Below the pieces are notes generated by a model. That model saw only the letters and a program-made list of their open reading frames with translations, ran no database searches and was not told where the DNA came from. 64,000 nucleotides of DNA from Patescibacteria group bacterium (lineage in GTDB: Bacteria; Patescibacteriota; Patescibacteriia; Patescibacteriales; UBA12465): assembly GCA_041651355.1 (NCBI GenBank), contig JBAZJK010000001.1, forward strand, positions 753,489 through 817,488. Direction: 5' to 3'. The position numbers were made by a program, and so were the translations under genes. Positions 60,871 to 64,000 of the stretch are shown piece by piece. Each line of letters opens with the position of its first letter. The stretch's first letter is position 1.

Positions 60871-61461
60871 ATGAAAATATTAAAGAAATTAGGTGACGAC
60901 TTAGTGCCTCTCAGTAGACGACAACATTCCTTGTTGTTCCTAATTGTCGCTTTGGTTTTCCAATTCATCTTTTTTGCTTTACCCAGCCTAGCTGATGAAA
61001 TAAATACTAAAACCGCCAGGGCTGAAGGCGACTTAACTATAAAAGGCGATTCTTTAACTAAAAGTGACCAGCTAGACATGGTTATCGAGCAAGCCATCCA
61101 AAAAAGCCTGGATAGCCAAAAAGAATACGATACTGAAGTAAAAGAAGAAATAAAAGTTATAAGCTCCAGCGTGCGCCGATTAAGCGCTTATAACTCTGAA
61201 GCTGGGCAAACCGACAACTCTCCTTGTATAACCGCTAACGGCTTTAACGTTTGCGAACATGGCCAAGAAGATACTATTGCGGCGAACTTCTTAAGCTTTG
61301 GAACAAAAGTTAGAATCCCAGAATTATTCGGTGACAGAATATTTGTGGTCCGAGACCGCATGCACAGCAAAAACGGGCAAAAGGTTGATATCTGGATGAA
61401 GAACCGCTCTGACGCCCTTAAATTCGGGGTGAAGGTGGCTAAAATAGAAGTTTTAGAATAA
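60871..61461 (+). CDS. 3D-domain (MltA/RlpA-like double-psi barrel) cell-wall protein
   Basis: 196 aa with an N-terminal anchor helix and a C-terminal SAYNSEAGQTDNSPCITANG....IAANFLSFGTKVRIPELFGDRIFVVRDRM....VDIWM, as in 3D domains. Confidence 0.62.
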   Translation: MKILKKLGDDLVPLSRRQHSLLFLIVALVFQFIFFALPSLADEINTKTARAEGDLTIKGDSLTKSDQLDMVIEQAIQKSLDSQKEYDTEVKEEIKVISSSVRRLSAYNSEAGQTDNSPCITANGFNVCEHGQEDTIAANFLSFGTKVRIPELFGDRIFVVRDRMHSKNGQKVDIWMKNRSDALKFGVKVAKIEVLE

Positions 61462-61480
61462 AACATAGATATAAAAAACA

Positions 61481-61507
61481 AAAAAGCATCCTCCTCGGTG
61501 CTTTTTT
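61481..61507. terminator. Bidirectional intrinsic terminator
   Basis: Stem AAAAGCATC/GGTGCTTTT (one G-U pair) flanked by A and T runs. Confidence 0.6.
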
Positions 61508-61532
61508 GTTTTACTAACAGTTGGTGCTAGTT

Positions 61533-63944
61533 CTAGAAAAATAAAGGCAAGAAACGACGACGTCTTAAAAATCTTTCTTTCTTTAAAATCGCTAAAGTCG
61601 TAGGCACGACCGTGTCAGGAATCAAAGAGATACTATTAATACCGCATTCTACTAAAAACTCGGCAAAATCAGGAAAATCACTAGGCCCCTGGCCGCAAAT
61701 TCCTACCTTGCGCTTATGCTTTTTAGCGCTAGCGATTAAATTCCTAATTAAAATTTTAACTGCTTCATTCTTCTCATTAGAAATTCCGGCCACTTCTAAG
61801 CTTCCGCCGGAATCTCGATCAATCCCTAAAGTTAATTGGGTTAAATCGTTAGAGCCGATAGAAAAGCCATCAAAAATCTGGCAAAACTTATCAGCTAAAA
61901 TAATATTAGCGGGTATTTCTGCCATAACATAGACTTCTAAGCCATTCTGGCCCCGCTTCAAGCCGTTGCGCGCCATAATATCCAAAACCTTCTTCCCCTC
62001 TTCAACGGTACGGCAGAAAGGAACCATCACTTTTAGATTCTTCAAACCCAATTCATCGCGAACCAATTTCAGGGCCTGGCATTCTAATTCAAAGGCCGGC
62101 AAAAAACGCTTGGAATAATAACGACTAGCACCCCGCCAGCCAATCATAGGGTTGGATTCTTCCGGTTCATAAGCTTGGCCGCCGATCAGATTAGCATACT
62201 CATTGGTCTTAAAATCAGATAAACGGACTATTACATCTTTTGGATAGAAAGCTGCGCTGATCATCGCTATTCCTTGTGCCAGACGGTCGACGAAATATTT
62301 AGCCTTGTCCTTATAGCCCGGAGTTAGAGCTTCAATTTTTTTCTTCACAGCTAAATCCTTGAGCTTATTATAATCCAGTAGGGCCAAGGGGTGAATCTTT
62401 ATGTAATTATTAATGATAAACTCTAAACGCGCTAAGCCGACTCCATCATTAGGGATAAATGAGTTAGCAAAGGCCATATCTGGTTCGGCAATATTAACCA
62501 TTATCTTTGTCTTGGGACGTTTAAGATCTTTTAAATTTGTCTTTTCAATCTTAAAAACCGACTTACCTTCATAAACATAACCTTCTTCACCGCCAGAACA
62601 ATCTACGGTCACCGCTTGTTTGTCCTTGATTTTAGTGGAAGCATTATTAGTCCCGACCACGCAAGGAATTCCAAGCTCCCGAGAGACGATGGCGGCATGG
62701 CAAGTCCTGCCTCCTTTATCGGTCACGATGGCGGCCGCGATCTTCATAATCGGCTCCCAATCAGGATCGGTCATATCTGTAACCAACACTTGGCCCGGTT
62801 TAAAATTACTAATTTCCTTAAGACTCATAATCCGATGGGCCATACCGGCACCAATCTTATTGCCCACGCTTTGGCCGCTGGTAATTACTGAACCGTGACG
62901 TCCCAATTTGTATCTCTCTAAAAAATTATAATCCCGCCGACTCTGGACAGTTTCTGGACGGGCCTGAATTATATAGAGCTCATGGTTGCGACCGTCTAAG
63001 GCCCATTCGATATCCATCGGCTTTTGATAATGTTTCTCGATATCAATGGCCCACTTAGCTAACTGCCTAACTTGGGCGTCGCTAATGGAAAATTTATCTT
63101 GATCAGCTAAACTAACCTTAACATTTTTAACCGTATTATGACCGCGGTTCTTATCATAAACCATCCGCAATCCTTTTGTCCCTAAAGATCGGGAAATAAT
63201 CGACAGTGTCGGCTTAAAGACGTAAAACTCATCCGGGTTAACCCGACCTTGGACGATATTTTCTCCGAGGCCATAGATGGAATTGATTAAAACTGCATTC
63301 GCAAAGCCGGACTCAGTGTCGATAGTAAACATAACACCAGAGGCACCCAAGTCGGAGCGGATCATTTTTTGTACGCCGACCGATAAAGCAATGGAAAAAT
63401 GATCAAAACCCTTATCAACTCGATAAGAAATTGCTCGATTAGTAAAAAGAGAGGCGATGCATTTCCTGACAGCTAACAAAAGATCTTTCTCTCCAACGAC
63501 GTTCAAGAAAGTTTCCTGCTGACCAGCGAAGGACGCGTCAGGTAAATCTTCGGCTGTAGCACTCGAACGCACAGCTACATCTAACTGAGCCACTTTGTTT
63601 TCCTGAGATAATTTTTTATAGGCTTTCACGATCGCTTGTGAAAAATCTTTAGGGAATTCTGTTTGCTCGATCAATTTCCTAATAGCTGCCCCCTTAAGCG
63701 CCAAGCTTTTTAAATCATGCGTATCCAAACCTTTCACAATTTCCTTGATTTTCTTTTTTAAACCCGTGCTCTCTAAAAAATAATTGTAAGCATAGGCGGT
63801 AGTGGCAAACCCATTGGGAATCTTAATCCCTCGACCGGATAAATGCTTATACATTTCTCCTAAAGAGGCGTTTTTGCCTCCGACTTTAGGAACATCTTTA
63901 ATGCTTAGATCAGAAAAAAACTTAATCAAATCGCTTTTTAGCAT
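61533..63944 (-). CDS. ppsA: Phosphoenolpyruvate synthase (pyruvate, water dikinase)
   Basis: 803 aa with an N-terminal ATP-grasp region (VGGKNASLGEM), a phosphohistidine swivel domain (GGRTCHAAIVSRELGIPCVVG) and a C-terminal PEP-utilising TIM barrel. Confidence 0.92.
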   Translation of the reverse strand: MLKSDLIKFFSDLSIKDVPKVGGKNASLGEMYKHLSGRGIKIPNGFATTAYAYNYFLESTGLKKKIKEIVKGLDTHDLKSLALKGAAIRKLIEQTEFPKDFSQAIVKAYKKLSQENKVAQLDVAVRSSATAEDLPDASFAGQQETFLNVVGEKDLLLAVRKCIASLFTNRAISYRVDKGFDHFSIALSVGVQKMIRSDLGASGVMFTIDTESGFANAVLINSIYGLGENIVQGRVNPDEFYVFKPTLSIISRSLGTKGLRMVYDKNRGHNTVKNVKVSLADQDKFSISDAQVRQLAKWAIDIEKHYQKPMDIEWALDGRNHELYIIQARPETVQSRRDYNFLERYKLGRHGSVITSGQSVGNKIGAGMAHRIMSLKEISNFKPGQVLVTDMTDPDWEPIMKIAAAIVTDKGGRTCHAAIVSRELGIPCVVGTNNASTKIKDKQAVTVDCSGGEEGYVYEGKSVFKIEKTNLKDLKRPKTKIMVNIAEPDMAFANSFIPNDGVGLARLEFIINNYIKIHPLALLDYNKLKDLAVKKKIEALTPGYKDKAKYFVDRLAQGIAMISAAFYPKDVIVRLSDFKTNEYANLIGGQAYEPEESNPMIGWRGASRYYSKRFLPAFELECQALKLVRDELGLKNLKVMVPFCRTVEEGKKVLDIMARNGLKRGQNGLEVYVMAEIPANIILADKFCQIFDGFSIGSNDLTQLTLGIDRDSGGSLEVAGISNEKNEAVKILIRNLIASAKKHKRKVGICGQGPSDFPDFAEFLVECGINSISLIPDTVVPTTLAILKKERFLRRRRFLPLFF

Positions 63945-64000
63945 AGGAATATTATCTTAATTTAATTTTTTATTTTATGTTATGATTATAACACATTCTT

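Noticed and set aside
1-64000. CRISPR arrays, transposases, integrases, prophage modules and rRNA genes
   Set aside because: No regularly spaced direct repeats were seen, and no recognisable cas, integrase, transposase or phage structural proteins appear in any frame. The tRNA genes have no adjacent recombinase.

Overview
This 64 kb window has about 40% GC and is densely packed with genes. By inference it comes from a small-genome bacterium resembling the Candidate Phyla Radiation (CPR, Patescibacteria). The standard genetic code applies, since TGA is used as a stop codon (for example at 58442-58444).

Most of the window is housekeeping:
- Aminoacyl-tRNA synthetases: pheS/pheT, valS, glyQS, argS.
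- Other core genes: the tail of topA, tsaD, tsaE, ychF, the rpsF-ssb-rpsR-efp block, rplS, uvrA, smc, ppsA, purC and purB, lspA, and an RluB-like pseudouridine synthase.
- Nine tRNA genes, none of which encodes a 3' CCA.

The accessory content is the more interesting part:
1. Six tandem paralogous genes (57128-59756) encode two-helix pilin-like proteins resembling VirB2/TrbC. A seventh copy sits at 51177. The array is transcribed divergently from a module of one GT2 glycosyltransferase and two large GT-C-like membrane proteins. A secreted coiled-coil protein and a 3D-domain (lytic-transglycosylase-like) protein lie just downstream.
2. A 1007-aa protein consists of two complete PilB/GspE secretion ATPases fused in tandem.
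3. About 0.7 kb between tRNA-Cys and a small orphan gene upstream of ychF has no ORF. It carries DnaA-box matches, iterated AGACTT/AAGTCT palindromes, strong promoters and terminators, and candidate small RNAs.
4. An unannotated 38-aa lysine-rich, histone-H1-like ORF has a strong ribosome-binding site, promoter and terminator.
5. A roughly 160-bp intergenic element is bounded by inverted repeats.
6. Several housekeeping proteins have reduced architectures: UvrA lacks the UvrB-binding domain and SMC has no recognisable hinge.
7. Other oddities include a free-standing protein resembling the RNA polymerase alpha C-terminal domain, a translin homolog, and a tRNA-Ile with a UAU anticodon.

I saw no CRISPR array, rRNA gene, transposase or integrase. 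All calls rest on reading the translations and the DNA by eye. No database search was run.
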